The notes beneath the pieces were generated by a model. It had not been told where the DNA came from and made no database searches. It was given only the letters and a program-made list of their open reading frames with translations. A stretch of DNA of 64,000 nt. Source: Acidobacteriota bacterium. GTDB taxonomy: Bacteria > Acidobacteriota > UBA890 > WLXD01. The DNA lies in the NCBI GenBank assembly GCA_965205505.1, contig CBDBHB010000008.1, positions 224,001-288,000 of the forward strand, in the 5' to 3' direction. Shown here in pieces: positions 50,610 through 63,085 of this stretch (the first letter of the stretch is position 1; every line of letters starts with the position of its first letter). The translations under genes and the position numbers were made by a program.

Positions 50610-51208
50610 CCCGGCTCCTCCACGCAGGTGCGCGCCGACCCGGAGACCAAGGCCAGGAAGTTGCGCAGCAACCTCGGTCCCTCGTGCGTCGCGATCGACT
50701 CGGGGTGGAACTGCACGCCGAACAGCGGCCTGCTTCGATGGCGCATCGCCATGATCAGGCCTCCGGGTGCCGTCGCGGTGACCTCGAGCTGCTCGGGAAA
50801 ATCACGCGACGACACCACCAGCGAATGGTATCTGGCCGCTTTGAGCGGCAACGAGAGGCCCTCGAAAAGCGCCTCGCCATCGTGCTGAACTAGCGTCGTC
50901 TTGCCGTGAACGACCTCCGGTGCCAGCTCGATTCCGGCACCGAACGCGGCGCCCAGCGCCTGATGCCCGAGGCACACCCCGAGCACCGGTGTCCCTTCGT
51001 CGATCCCCTGCACCAAATCGATACAACAGCCCGCGGTCTCTGGGCGCCCGGGGCCCGGCGAGAGCACGACGCCAGCGGGATCCATCATCCGCACCGCCTG
51101 GACGTCGATCTCGTCGTTGCGCCGCACCTGCAAATCTGCACCGAGGGCGCCCAGCGCCTGTACGAGGTTATAGGTGAACGAGTCGTAGTTGTCGACGACC
51201 AGAATCAC
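50606..51208 (-). CDS. trpG: Anthranilate synthase component II
   Basis: DNYDSFTYNL, SPGPG, GVCLGHQ, QFHPES. Confidence 0.96.
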   Translation of the reverse strand: MILVVDNYDSFTYNLVQALGALGADLQVRRNDEIDVQAVRMMDPAGVVLSPGPGRPETAGCCIDLVQGIDEGTPVLGVCLGHQALGAAFGAGIELAPEVVHGKTTLVQHDGEALFEGLSLPLKAARYHSLVVSSRDFPEQLEVTATAPGGLIMAMRHRSRPLFGVQFHPESIATHEGPRLLRNFLALVSGSARTCVEEPG

Positions 51209-52755
51209 GAGACCACCTCCGAATCGGCGCGGCTACGCGATCGCTGCGCAACGGTGGCGGCGTCAGCCCAGGCCAGCGCCTGTAGCGGAGCCGCCGCCTT
51301 CTCATCGGTCTCGACCAACTCGCGCTCGGCGCGCGAATCGATCACCAGCCCAGCACCTGCCTGCACGCGGGCGACGCCGTCCTGCATGACGATAGTCCGA
51401 ATCGCTATGCACGAGTTGAGGTTGCCAGCGAAGTCGCTGTAAAGCACTGCACCGGCATAGACCCCACGAGCATGCTCCTCGAGCTCGTTGATGATCTCCA
51501 TGGCGCGGATCTTCGGCGCCCCCGACACCGTGCCTGCGGGAAAGCCGGCGAACAGGGCTTCAGTGGGCGACACGTCGGCGCGCAGAACACCGCGCACCGA
51601 AGAAACGATGTGCATCACATGCGAGTAGCGCTCGACGCGCATGAACTCCGGCACCTCGACGGCGCCGTACTCCGCCACCCGCCCGATGTCGTTGCGTCCG
51701 AGGTCCACGAGCATCAGGTGCTCGGCGCACTCCTTCTCGTCGGAAAGAAGCTCTTCCTCCAGGCGCCGGTCGATCTCAGGATCGGCGTCGCGGCGTCTCG
51801 TACCGGCGATCGGCCGATTCTCGACCACACCGTCCTCGACCCGTACGAGCATCTCCGGCGAGGAGCCGACGATCGCTGCCGCACCGGTGTCCAGACAGAA
51901 CATGTAGGGCGAGGGATTGATGGCGCGCAGGGCCCGATAGACAGTCAAGGGCGAAGCATCGGTGTGGCACTCGAGCCGCCGCGACAGGACCACCTGGAAC
52001 ACGTCGCCAGCACGAATATAGTCGCGCGCCCGTTCGACCCCCTCACAGAAGCGCTCGCGGGAAGGCTCCTCGGTCGTCGGCAGCGGCGGTGCCTCGGCCG
52101 GCGCCACCGTGTCGAGTGGCGCGCAATCGGGCGCCTCTGCATCAAGGAGCGCCGCGAGTCGGGTCAGGCGCTCGACCGCATCGTCGTAGGCTCGCCGCAG
52201 GCCGTCGGCGTTGTTCGGGTCCTGCACGTGGGCGTTGGCCACCAGCTTGATGCGGTGCTTCAGGTGGTCGAACGCCAGCAGTGTGTCGTAGAACCCCATG
52301 TACAGCCAGGGCAGCTCGTCTCCCCTCCGTGGGTACGGCACGCGTTCTGCCCAGCGCACCGCGTCGTAGCCGATATAGCCGACGCCGCCACCCGAGAAGG
52401 GAGGCGCTCCCGCCACTTCGGCGCCTCGATAGCGCGCTTGGACCGCCGCCAGGTTGGCCACCGGATCGCCCTCGAGCCGCTGCTCGGGGCCGTCGGCGGG
52501 GCGCAAGACGAGCCCATCGGCGTCACCCAGCAGCTCCAGGAACGGATCGCCGCCCAGGTACGAGTAGCGGCCGATGTGCTCGCCACCCTCGGCACTCTCG
52601 AGCAGAAAGGGTCTGCGCACGTGCCCGGCCAACCGCAGAGCGGCCGACACCGGCGTCAACAGATCGCCGATGCGCTCCATGTAGACCGGTACAACCGTGG
52701 CATCGGCGGACGCCGCCACGAACCCCTCGAAGGCGGGATACGCAGTTAGCGGCAT
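51205..52755 (-). CDS. trpE: Anthranilate synthase component I
   Basis: LLESA, NPSPYM, PIAGT, EHLMLVDLGRND, GTVSGAPK. Confidence 0.96.
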   Translation of the reverse strand: MPLTAYPAFEGFVAASADATVVPVYMERIGDLLTPVSAALRLAGHVRRPFLLESAEGGEHIGRYSYLGGDPFLELLGDADGLVLRPADGPEQRLEGDPVANLAAVQARYRGAEVAGAPPFSGGGVGYIGYDAVRWAERVPYPRRGDELPWLYMGFYDTLLAFDHLKHRIKLVANAHVQDPNNADGLRRAYDDAVERLTRLAALLDAEAPDCAPLDTVAPAEAPPLPTTEEPSRERFCEGVERARDYIRAGDVFQVVLSRRLECHTDASPLTVYRALRAINPSPYMFCLDTGAAAIVGSSPEMLVRVEDGVVENRPIAGTRRRDADPEIDRRLEEELLSDEKECAEHLMLVDLGRNDIGRVAEYGAVEVPEFMRVERYSHVMHIVSSVRGVLRADVSPTEALFAGFPAGTVSGAPKIRAMEIINELEEHARGVYAGAVLYSDFAGNLNSCIAIRTIVMQDGVARVQAGAGLVIDSRAERELVETDEKAAAPLQALAWADAATVAQRSRSRADSEVVS

Positions 52756-52782
52756 AGCCTGCGCTCGCGGGCGCACATACAC

Positions 52783-52809
52783 GAGGACCGTCGCCTCACG
52801 GCCAGCCTC
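52783..52809 (-). terminator. Possible attenuator hairpin upstream of trpE
   Basis: Minus strand GAGG-CTG-GCCGT-gaggcg-ACGGT-CCTC followed by GTGTATGT (weak U tract). Confidence 0.35.
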
Positions 52810-52833
52810 CGGTTCGTTTCCGTTGGGGTGGAG

Positions 52834-52968
52834 CTACGCGCCGCAGGCGGGCCGCCGGTATCGCCAATACCAGTAGCCATCGCGCCAAGCGTGCGGTGCG
52901 GTGCGGACGAGGTTCGGCGGAGAGCCCGCGCAAAGCTCGCGGGTCAGGTTCGCAATGTTAGAACTCAT
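52834..52968 (-). CDS. Putative trp operon leader peptide (W/Y-rich)
   Basis: GGAGAG RBS + ATG; ...AWRDGYWYWRYRRPACGA*, ending about 80 nt before trpE. Confidence 0.6.
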   Translation of the reverse strand: MSSNIANLTRELCAGSPPNLVRTAPHAWRDGYWYWRYRRPACGA

Positions 52969-53137
52969 CGCGCTCTCCGTCGTCATGGCTTCCGGGCACC
53001 CCGGGCGATCCTGCACGGATGTCGTCCCGGGACGCTTGTCTCGCCCCAGTGCGAACGAGCCTAGCAACCGGGTCGGGCCGCGGTCAATCGCGGCGCCGCA
53101 GTCGCGGCTCGTGTTCGATAGACGGGTGCTGCTTGGC

Positions 53138-53896
53138 TCAGGAGCCGAGGCTCGTCCAGAACGCCACCAGCACCAGCGACAGACCCCATAGCACGATCGC
53201 CAACGTCATCGCCGAGCCGCGTTTCAGACCGAGTAGCTGCTCTCCGCCGATCACGACCACGGCCATCCACCAGAAGTTGAACACGTCGACACGCGCCGCC
53301 ACCTGAGCCATCGCCGGGGACAGCTCGGTGGTATCGAGCAGGAGGCTGAGTCCCAGCGAGGGCATCGACTGCACGAAGTCAGCCGTGCGCCGGATCTCGG
53401 GCGGGTCAAGACGCCAGACCAGGGTCACGAAGGCGGTGGCCAGCAGCGGGTGGATCACGGAGGCAACCGAGGCAACCGCAAAGCTATGGGAGAACTTGGT
53501 CGATCCCCCCATCATGCTGGCAGCAATCCAGATCAACGCCGCGAAAGCGCCGGCAGCGAGGATGAAGAGCAGATTGAACGCGGTCGCCCAGACCGGCGCC
53601 CACTTGTCCATCGTCTCGACGATGGTGCGAACCTGCTCGACATCGATCTTCTGACCTTGCTGCGCCATTCCCTCGATCATCCCTACCCACATGATCTGAC
53701 GAGTGATGTCCAGATTTACCGCCCCGAGCGCCATCATCAGCACGGTCACCCAGAGAATTGGCCAGCAGGCCAGCAACGGGCGCTGCGCAAGCGCCTCGAA
53801 CGCCTTCGTCGGAGCGAAGATAGCGTTGAGCGTGGGGCTGAAGACCGCCGCCGCGCCGCGCCCCAGCTCGGTCGAGTCCACCGTGTCGGTCATCAT
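53138..53896 (-). CDS. Yip1 family membrane protein
   Basis: IFAPTKAFEAL, multi-TM pattern, DVFNFW. Confidence 0.75.
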   Translation of the reverse strand: MMTDTVDSTELGRGAAAVFSPTLNAIFAPTKAFEALAQRPLLACWPILWVTVLMMALGAVNLDITRQIMWVGMIEGMAQQGQKIDVEQVRTIVETMDKWAPVWATAFNLLFILAAGAFAALIWIAASMMGGSTKFSHSFAVASVASVIHPLLATAFVTLVWRLDPPEIRRTADFVQSMPSLGLSLLLDTTELSPAMAQVAARVDVFNFWWMAVVVIGGEQLLGLKRGSAMTLAIVLWGLSLVLVAFWTSLGS

Positions 53897-53906
53897 CTCC
53901 CCCCCT

Positions 53907-55400
53907 TCAAGCCGCACCGGGTCGGGGCGCTCCGAGCGCGCTCAACGCTGCGGCCCGCATCCGATCGGTGGGCGCCAGGCTGCCGGTCCATATCTCGTGC
54001 TGCGCCGCAGCCTGCCGCAGGAACATTTCCAGGCCGGAGATCGTCGGACAGCCGCGCGCGCGCGCCTGTCGCAGCAACTCTGTCTCCGGCGGACGGTAGA
54101 CCATATCCAGCACCACCTCATCTCCTCGCAACCAGGCGGTCGGAATGGGCGATTGAGCGGTTCCGTTCATCCCCACCGGCGTGGCGTTGACGATCATCTG
54201 GGCGCCGATCGTGGCAATCTCCTCGAGGCTCGCCGCCTCGCAGGCAAGTGCCGCGGCGGCCTTACGGGCGCGCTCAACCGAGCGCCCCAGCAAGATCACG
54301 TGCGCGCCTGCTTGTTGCAATGCGACGGCTGCGGCAGCAGCTGCGCCCCCCGCACCCAGTACCGCGATGAGCTTGTGCTTCACAGGGGCGACCGTGCCCA
54401 GTGCCTCGACGAGGGCCGCGCCGTCGGTGTTGTGACCCTCCCAGCGTCCCGCGCGTAGCACCAGTGTGTTCACCGCTTCCATGCGCTCGGCCTCGGCCGA
54501 GAGGACGTCGGCGAAATCCGCTGCATGGCGCTTGTAGGGCATGGTCACGCTCAGGCCGACTACGTCGGCGGCGATGGCCATGCGCATGACCGACGCGAAA
54601 TCGTCTCCCGGCAGAGGCAAGTAGAGCGCCTCGCGCTCTTCGTGCTCGAAAGCGGCGTTGAACACCACCGGTGACAACGAGTGGGTGATCGGATCGCCGA
54701 TGACCGCATAACGGGCATGGGTGGAACGCCAGCGCTCGACGCGAAGCTGGCGGCGCAACAAGCGTGCAAGCCACTGTCCCGGCGCGGTCGGATGGCCAAC
54801 CCGCGCCAAAGCGTACGACCACACGCCGCCGCGAGACAGATCGACCAGCCGGCTGCCGGCACCGGCTGGTCCCATACAGAAGCAAGTGCAGTCGATCCCG
54901 GCGGCTCGCAAGGCGTCGCCCGCAGCGAGCATCGGCAGAGCGTCATCCGGCGTCTGCGCCGCAGTTACCAGCTTGGCCACGGCGGGACGCAGCTCCACAA
55001 TACGGCCAACTTGCTGGTCAACGTCATCCGGCCGTGCCTGTGTCCAATGGTGCGACAACACGACGCGCTCGCGCGCCTCGATAAGCACCTCCGGTGCCCA
55101 CTCAGCATCGAGCTCGACATCGACATACCTCGCACCAGCTCCAAGCGCCGCGCTGATGAGCTCGCGCCGCGCCTGCTCGTCGCCGTCGAAGCCACCACCG
55201 TCCGAGCGCCGGCGGCAAGTCGCCACCACATCGACCGGCGCACCCTCCATCACCCGGACCACATCGGACGCGGTCACTATCGGTACGAGCGCATCCAGGC
55301 GAACCTCGACGAGATCGGCGTCTTCAAGCTGATCGTACGCCGCGAGCACGTCGGCGAGCTCAGCCGCCGCCAGGCTCACGCAAATCCGTGGCCCGCTCAT
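53907..55400 (-). CDS. aroE: Bifunctional type I 3-dehydroquinate dehydratase / shikimate dehydrogenase
   Basis: EVRLD, ATCR, DVEL, TAPGQ, then GDPITHSLSP, VTMPYK, NTDG, GAGGAA, NATPVGM. Confidence 0.92.
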   Translation of the reverse strand: MSGPRICVSLAAAELADVLAAYDQLEDADLVEVRLDALVPIVTASDVVRVMEGAPVDVVATCRRRSDGGGFDGDEQARRELISAALGAGARYVDVELDAEWAPEVLIEARERVVLSHHWTQARPDDVDQQVGRIVELRPAVAKLVTAAQTPDDALPMLAAGDALRAAGIDCTCFCMGPAGAGSRLVDLSRGGVWSYALARVGHPTAPGQWLARLLRRQLRVERWRSTHARYAVIGDPITHSLSPVVFNAAFEHEEREALYLPLPGDDFASVMRMAIAADVVGLSVTMPYKRHAADFADVLSAEAERMEAVNTLVLRAGRWEGHNTDGAALVEALGTVAPVKHKLIAVLGAGGAAAAAAVALQQAGAHVILLGRSVERARKAAAALACEAASLEEIATIGAQMIVNATPVGMNGTAQSPIPTAWLRGDEVVLDMVYRPPETELLRQARARGCPTISGLEMFLRQAAAQHEIWTGSLAPTDRMRAAALSALGAPRPGAA

Positions 55401-55415
55401 TCGGCGAGCCCGCGC

Positions 55416-56222
55416 TCAGCGGCTCGCCGGCTCACAGACCGCAACCGCGGTGGGTCTGTCGATGCTGGGCGCCTGTCCGCACAGCGGACATTCCGGATCG
55501 CGGCGCAACTGCACCGTCCGGAAACTCATCTGCTGGGTGTCCACAAGCAGCAGACGCCCCATGAGCGTGGTCACCTGGTAGCCGAGTAGCTTGAGGCCTT
55601 CCGCTGCCTGGATGCTACCGACGATGCCGGCAAGCGCACCCAGCAAGCCGGCATCGTGGCACGGTGGCTGCTCGCTTGGCGCACCGCGAAACACGCATCG
55701 GTAGCAAGGGGTCGTCGGCGGAGCTATGACGGTGACCTGGCCTTCGAAGCGGTACAGGCTGCCGGTGACCAACGGGACCGCTGCCAGTACGCATGCATCG
55801 TTGACCACGTAGCGGGTGGCAAAATTGTCGCTCCCGTCCAACACCAAGTCGTACTCGCGGACGAGCTCGAGCACGTTGGCGGCGGTAACTCGCACCGCGT
55901 GCTCTCGAATATGCACGGAGGGGTTCTGCGCTCGGAGACGCACCGCCGCAACTTCCACCTTGCCGCGACCGCGATCATTGTCGTCGAACAGCACCTGCCG
56001 CTGCAGGTTGGATGCTTCGACGATGTCGTCGTCGGCCAGACCGACGGTGCCAACTCCGGCGGCGACGAGATACTGGGCGACGGGGCACCCGAGGCCACCC
56101 ACGCCGATCACCAGAGCTCGCGCCGCCATGAGGCGACGCTGCGCCGCGACGTCGAACCCCGGAAGCTGCAGGTGGGCCGCATAGCGTTCCATCTGCTCCG
56201 ACGAGAGCCGGTCAGGTGACAT
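55416..56222 (-). CDS. MoeB/ThiF family adenylyltransferase
   Basis: GVGGLG, SNLQRQ, DGSDNF..RY, CYRC, CPLC. Confidence 0.93.
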   Translation of the reverse strand: MSPDRLSSEQMERYAAHLQLPGFDVAAQRRLMAARALVIGVGGLGCPVAQYLVAAGVGTVGLADDDIVEASNLQRQVLFDDNDRGRGKVEVAAVRLRAQNPSVHIREHAVRVTAANVLELVREYDLVLDGSDNFATRYVVNDACVLAAVPLVTGSLYRFEGQVTVIAPPTTPCYRCVFRGAPSEQPPCHDAGLLGALAGIVGSIQAAEGLKLLGYQVTTLMGRLLLVDTQQMSFRTVQLRRDPECPLCGQAPSIDRPTAVAVCEPASR

Positions 56223-57156
56223 GGCTTCCCTCGGACACCTGCCAGCGTATCGGCTGGCGGCTCTTGTAGTGCTCCGGTTCGATCTGCACGGTCGTGTGGT
56301 CGATCGCGAAGCGCTCCCGCACCACCAGTCGGACTGCGTCCAGGATCCCCTCGCACTCGACCAGCCGCTCCCGCTTGACCTCGACGTGGCAAGAGAGGGC
56401 GTAGATTCCCGATGTGAGGCTCCAGATGTGTAGATCGTGCACGCCCTCGACGCCAGGGAGCGCCGAGATCGCCCCTTCCACCTCGCTGTATTCGATGCCG
56501 GCTGGCGTAGCTTCGAGCAGCACGTCGACAGACTCGCGCAACAGCCGCCAGGCGCCGACGACGATGACTGCCGAGATAAGCGCCGATAGTGCCGGGTCGA
56601 TCCAGTAGGCGCCGGTGGCAAGCATCACCACGCCACCGACGACGACGGCAACGGACGACAACAGGTCGCCGAGCACATGGAGATAGGCGCTGCGCAGGTT
56701 GAGGCTGTGAGTGTGGCCTGACAGGAAGAACAGCCCGAGGCCGTTGGCTATCAATCCGATCACCGCGACGCCCATCATCAGCGGAGCGTCGACAGTCGGA
56801 GGCTCGAGCAGCCGCTCGTACGCCTCCCAGCCTATGAATCCGGAGATCGCCACCAGCACAACGCCGTTTACCAGCGCCGCGAGGATCTCGAGTCGGTGCC
56901 AACCGTAGGTCTTGCTTCGGGTCGCCGGACGCGACGCGAAGCTAACCGCCAGGTAGGCGAGCAACAGCGCCAGCGCATCCGACAGCATGTGGCCGGCGTC
57001 CGCCAGCAGCGCCAGGCTGTTGCTCAGCCAACCGCCGACGAACTCTGCCACGAGGATGACGCTGGTGGTGACCAGCGCCAGCATGAGGCCGCGTCGCTCG
57101 CTCGCACGCCGCCGGCCGGAGCCGTGGGCGTGACCGGGGTGATGAGAATGCGCCAT
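56212..57156 (-). CDS. Cation diffusion facilitator (CzcD/ZitB-like)
   Basis: His-rich N-terminus, ADAGHMLSD, LHVLGD, HDLHIW, HTTVQIE. Confidence 0.94.
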   Translation of the reverse strand: MAHSHHPGHAHGSGRRRASERRGLMLALVTTSVILVAEFVGGWLSNSLALLADAGHMLSDALALLLAYLAVSFASRPATRSKTYGWHRLEILAALVNGVVLVAISGFIGWEAYERLLEPPTVDAPLMMGVAVIGLIANGLGLFFLSGHTHSLNLRSAYLHVLGDLLSSVAVVVGGVVMLATGAYWIDPALSALISAVIVVGAWRLLRESVDVLLEATPAGIEYSEVEGAISALPGVEGVHDLHIWSLTSGIYALSCHVEVKRERLVECEGILDAVRLVVRERFAIDHTTVQIEPEHYKSRQPIRWQVSEGSHVT

Positions 57157-57166
57157 GCTGGAGAGT

Positions 57167-58057
57167 CTACTCCGACTGTCCCGCTCCCCGACGCGAGATG
57201 TGCGCTAGCATTTGGAGCAGGATATGCGCGGCCACGGCGGCGGTGCTGTCGCTCGGATCGAGCGCTGGTGCCACCTCGACCAGGTCCATACCGACGACAC
57301 GCGTCCCACCCCACAGCGACGCGAGCAGGTCGAGAACTGCCCGGCAATCGGGTCCGCCAGCAATCGGGTAGCCGGTTCCCGGTGCGGCGGCCGGATCCAA
57401 GACGTCGATGTCCAGCGACACGTACAGGGGGCGGTCCCCGACTACCTCGGCGATCTGTCGGGCCAACTCCTCGCTTCCGGCGGCGCTCCAGGCTGCCGCG
57501 GTAACGACGAGGCCGGCTTCGCGGATCGACTCGAGCTCGGCGTGAGCAAACGACCGCAGGCCGACGAGGCAGGTCGAAGCCGGCTCCACCCCGACCGTGT
57601 CCCAGACCCTGCGAACGACACAAGCGTGCGAGTTTCGATCGCCGTCGTATGTATCGAAGCAATCCGCGTGGGCGTCGAGCATAAGGAAGGCGAGATCCGA
57701 GTATCGGTCGGCTACCGCCGCTACCAGCGGCGGAGTAACCGAATGGTCCCCTCCCAGGCCAATGAGGAATCCGTTGGGCTCCTGGCACAGCGCCTCGCGC
57801 CCGGCGGCCTCGATCGTCGGCCATGCGGGCGCGGCGGGCGTCACATCACCCAGATCACGGACCTGTATGCCGGTGACCAGATGCCCGCTCTCGTCGATCG
57901 CCTCGGCACTCTCCCCCCAGCGTCGGATGGCGACGGGACCCGCCGAAGCTCCCGACCGACCGGTAGCGGCGTCGTCTACCGGACATCCGAGAATCAACGC
58001 CGTTTGCTGCTCGCCATCCCTTTTCGTCAGCCCGAACCAGCTACCAATGTCACGCAT
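57167..58057 (-). CDS. Arginase/agmatinase family ureohydrolase
   Basis: GGDHS, LDAHAD, SLDIDVLDP..APGTG, DLVEVAP. Confidence 0.92.
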   Translation of the reverse strand: MRDIGSWFGLTKRDGEQQTALILGCPVDDAATGRSGASAGPVAIRRWGESAEAIDESGHLVTGIQVRDLGDVTPAAPAWPTIEAAGREALCQEPNGFLIGLGGDHSVTPPLVAAVADRYSDLAFLMLDAHADCFDTYDGDRNSHACVVRRVWDTVGVEPASTCLVGLRSFAHAELESIREAGLVVTAAAWSAAGSEELARQIAEVVGDRPLYVSLDIDVLDPAAAPGTGYPIAGGPDCRAVLDLLASLWGGTRVVGMDLVEVAPALDPSDSTAAVAAHILLQMLAHISRRGAGQSE

Positions 58058-58174
58058 CCCACGAGGCTCGCGCGAGCTATGGCGCGAGTCAAGGCGGTGT
58101 CGGTGACACAACCAGCGGGCCGCCGCCGCAGGGGGCGTTTTGACCAGGTCACCTCCTCCGTCTAGGCTGCTCGC

Positions 58175-60674
<2,500 letters not shown>

Positions 60675-60677
60675 CGG

Positions 60678-61088
60678 GTGAACATGGGCATTCGGATTCT
60701 GATTCCGAAGCCACGACGCAAGCGCGGCACGAAACCGACGCGGCGATTCGTGTGGGTGGCAGCAGGGCTCGGGATGTGGGGCGTCGCCTACTCCTTCTTC
60801 GGCGCTGGCGGCATGGTCGGCGTCTATCGCGCGCGCGCCGATGTGCAAGGACTGAAACAGGAGATCGTCGCCGCCGAGCACGTCAACCAGGCCCTTCGCG
60901 AGCGAATTCAAGCGCTTCGCAGCGAGCGGATGACCATCGAGCGCGAAGCTCGCGAGCGCCTAGGTCTGGTGAAACCTGGCGAGAAAGTTTACCTTCTCCG
61001 CCCGCCGCCTCCGGAAAACGAGGCAAGCACGGACGAAGACGATCGCCTGGCTGAGGAATCCTCGGCCAGCCGTGCCCTCCCACAGTAA
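60678..61088 (+). CDS. ftsB: Septum formation initiator (FtsB/DivIC)
   Basis: TM, coiled coil, IEREARERLGLVKPGE; follows eno. Confidence 0.9.
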   Translation: MNMGIRILIPKPRRKRGTKPTRRFVWVAAGLGMWGVAYSFFGAGGMVGVYRARADVQGLKQEIVAAEHVNQALRERIQALRSERMTIEREARERLGLVKPGEKVYLLRPPPPENEASTDEDDRLAEESSASRALPQ

Positions 61089-61107
61089 GTCTGCCGCCCT
61101 TCGACCC

Positions 61108-61379
61108 GTGGCCTGTAACAGATATCCGTTACGTATCGCAGATGGGACTTGCGGGTGAGATCAAGGCGCGGCGAAGAAGTGGATACAGTGGGCATCGTCG
61201 ACGAGGCGCAACGCCGAGATCGCCTGCAACTGCCCATCTGCCCGCAGGATGGTGGCGAGACAGCCCCGTCCGCGGCGTTGCCGCTCCTCCACGATGGGCC
61301 AACATCGTCTCGTCGGAGCGCCTGGTATCCGGGGCCGTTTCACCGCCACGATACGCAACGACCTGTTGCAGGAAACTAG
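61108..61379. mobile_element. Diverged two-arm MITE-A copy
   Basis: Collinear with the reverse complement of 8631-8908, many substitutions, eroded ends. Confidence 0.9.
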
Positions 61380-61383
61380 CCAC

Positions 61384-62976
61384 ATGACCCGCATCGGAAT
61401 CTACGGGTGGGGTGTGGTTGCGCCACGCTCTCCCGATGTGGCCGCGTTCGCCGCCAACCTCGGGAAATCCGATACCTGGCTAGCACCGTTCTCTGACCCC
61501 GACAGGTCGAACTTCCTCGCCGGCACGCCGGAGTTCGACCTAGCTGCTTACCGAGCCTGGATCGACGAGCGTTTCGCACCCACCAAGTTCGCCCAGCTGC
61601 GCCAGAAGATGGGCTTCACGACGCAGTACGCGATCGGAGCGTTCATCCAATCTCTCGGGCAGAACCCGGGGATCGAGGCAACGCTGCAATCGCTTGGCGC
61701 CGACGCCCAGGTACTGATCACCACGGGGCTCGGTGACCTTCCCACTTTCTACGATTGTTCGGTCAGCTTGTACCGGGCGCGTCGCCGATGGGATGAGTTC
61801 TGGGCCCAACCCGAGCGCAACGCCGATCGAGCCACCTTCGACTCGAGCAGCATCGAGCACCGTGCCGATCTGAGCCGACACTGGGGCGCGCCGATGAGCC
61901 CTGAGAGAATCGACGACGCGGGATCGCGCGACGACGCCACCGAGGCCTGGAATCATTTCTGGGCAGCCAGGTCTGACGGATTGACCTCGTTCCTGGAGCG
62001 CCTCAATACGATCGAGGCGCAAGGCGTTCAGGGCGAAGTCGAACAAGGCAAGCTACGACTACTGCGCCGCAAGCGAACGGAAACCGGACGGCTGCAGAAA
62101 GAGGTCGGTTGCCCCACGCCGCCCTGGCTGGCCGTGTCGGCGAACCTGCTGTGGAACATCTCCAACATCCCGGCCTCCCAGGTGTCGATGCTGGGCCGTA
62201 TCACCGGCGCCGCCTACGCGCCGGTGGCGGCCTGCTCGGGCTTCGGCGTGGCCCTGCACCTGGCGATGCAGGCCATTCGCACCGGAGCAGCAAAGGCAGT
62301 GGTGGTGGGTGCGACCGACCCGCCGCCGCACATGTTGAGCGTCGGAACCTTTTACAAGGCCCGCGTGCTGGCTTCCGACCAGGCGCCCTCCGTGCCGCTC
62401 ACGGATCTCCGCGGCACCCACGTGGCCGGCGGAGCGTGCGTTTGGATCGTCGGGGACCGTGACTTCATGGAGGGTCAGGGTTTTACACCGGTAGGGCTGG
62501 AGCTCCTCGGCGTGGGCGTTACCTCGGATGCCGACCACATCATCACACCGTCAACGGAAGGGCCGCAGGACTCGATCCGGCGCGCCCTCGAGGACGCCGG
62601 CATCTCGGCCGACGAGATCTCCAACTGGGATCTGCACGCCACGGCCACACCTGGCGACTACCAAGAAGTCGCCAACCTGAGCGCGATGGTTCGCGACGGC
62701 GTGGTGGTCACCGCAAGGAAAGGCACCTTTGGCCACGGCATGTCGTGCTGTGGCGGCTGGGAGCTGATGGCGCAGCATCTCGGTCTCGCTGAAGGCCGGA
62801 TTCATCCGACGCCGCTGACCGCGGAACGGTTGAACCCGAGCGTGGCAAGCGCCCGGCTGCGCTACGTGCTCGACGAGAGCTACGAGCCTGGACCCGGCGC
62901 GGCCGGCAAGCTCTCGATGGGTGTCGGGGGCATAAACGCCTGCGTCATCTCGAGGCCCTGGGGCACCCGCGACTGA
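61384..62976 (+). CDS. Beta-ketoacyl synthase (FabF/FabB-like) with a large internal insertion
   Basis: VAACSG, DLHATAT, KGTFGHG (Cys-His-His triad), GVGGINA. Confidence 0.85.
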   Translation: MTRIGIYGWGVVAPRSPDVAAFAANLGKSDTWLAPFSDPDRSNFLAGTPEFDLAAYRAWIDERFAPTKFAQLRQKMGFTTQYAIGAFIQSLGQNPGIEATLQSLGADAQVLITTGLGDLPTFYDCSVSLYRARRRWDEFWAQPERNADRATFDSSSIEHRADLSRHWGAPMSPERIDDAGSRDDATEAWNHFWAARSDGLTSFLERLNTIEAQGVQGEVEQGKLRLLRRKRTETGRLQKEVGCPTPPWLAVSANLLWNISNIPASQVSMLGRITGAAYAPVAACSGFGVALHLAMQAIRTGAAKAVVVGATDPPPHMLSVGTFYKARVLASDQAPSVPLTDLRGTHVAGGACVWIVGDRDFMEGQGFTPVGLELLGVGVTSDADHIITPSTEGPQDSIRRALEDAGISADEISNWDLHATATPGDYQEVANLSAMVRDGVVVTARKGTFGHGMSCCGGWELMAQHLGLAEGRIHPTPLTAERLNPSVASARLRYVLDESYEPGPGAAGKLSMGVGGINACVISRPWGTRD

Positions 62977-62984
62977 CTTCTGCG

Positions 62985-63085
62985 GTCAATACAAGCCCTG
63001 GTTTATTCAAAAGTGTGTTTATTTGTTTTTTAGTGCATTTTTGGTCTCTTATACTACCTTTTAGGTGTTTTTGATTAGCGATAAT
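62985..63085 (+). promoter_or_regulatory. AT-rich intergenic promoter region
   Basis: Sharp AT-rich patch in a GC-rich window; TATACT at 63050-63055. Confidence 0.45.

Noticed and set aside
49651-52749. Long antisense ORFs opposite trpD and trpE (and many similar elsewhere)
   Set aside because: Shadow ORFs expected from high-GC codon bias; no motifs
53907-55400. AroD-AroE fusion as a novelty
   Set aside because: Known fusion in plants and several bacterial phyla
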